A stretch of 64,000 nt of DNA from Mobula hypostoma (taxonomy: Eukaryota), in contig NC_086097.1 of the NCBI RefSeq assembly GCF_963921235.1, positions 236,842,001 through 236,906,000 on the forward strand, written 5' to 3'. Positions 63,607-64,000 of the stretch are shown here, piece by piece; position 1 is the stretch's first letter; the number at the start of each line of letters is the position of its first letter. Both the position numbers and the translations under genes were made by a program. The notes beneath the pieces were generated by a model. The model was not told the origin of the DNA. It was given only the letters and a program-made list of their open reading frames with translations, and did no database searches.

Positions 63607-64000
63607 GCTTACTTGGAGTTACATTATTTACAAGCATAACGAGCCTTCTTTTGCCTCCAGTGAAGCAGCTGTATGCTGAACAGTCAGATTGGTGTAGATT
63701 CCATGGATTGATCAGATAAGTTCACACCTCAAGCATGTTAACAGCTCCATGCCTGGGACTTGAGACTGTCTGAGCATCAGCTATTATGGACAAGACATCA
63801 TAATTCCACAAGAATCACAGGGATCAGTGTTATTTGCCAGATATATTTGCACATTCTGCTCTAGTCTTATAGTATTAGGAATTTGCTGTGATGTGTTGGC
63901 TTTACATGCTGCAATAAAAACATCTTTTAAAAATTACCCTATTGCAAGCAAAGATAAACATGTTGCTTTATTTTATTTCCAGAGCAGGTCCCCAATTCAT

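Noticed and set aside
1..64000. CRISPR array, operon or prokaryotic defence system
   Set aside because: No regularly spaced repeats or dense gene organisation; content is vertebrate-type interspersed repeats

Overview
Repeat-dominated eukaryotic DNA with no recognisable host protein-coding exon, rRNA, true tRNA gene or CRISPR array. The repeat complement (abundant CR1 LINEs with TTTCTATG/TCTTATGG tails, V-domain SINEs, Penelope, Rex1/Babar) suggests a cartilaginous fish intron or intergenic region (inference). Nearly all long ORFs are retroelement remnants: at least three CR1 subfamilies (three near-identical young copies; one long copy retaining ORF1 esterase), a near full-length Rex1/Babar, an inverted Penelope element, a decayed Gypsy, and L1/Tx1 and RTE fragments. 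DNA transposons include Tc1, PIF/Harbinger and hAT derivatives. The most interesting signals are RNA-level: minimal hammerhead ribozyme motifs in Penelope termini (an intact copy mirrored by a G5A copy), ~200-bp TSD-flanked hairpin insertions centred on the hammerhead, a candidate HDV-like ribozyme at the 5' end of a non-coding RTE-type element, modular head/tail swapping among SINEs, and a multi-layer insertion nest at one target site. All calls are by eye; boundaries without a stated TSD/TIR are approximate.
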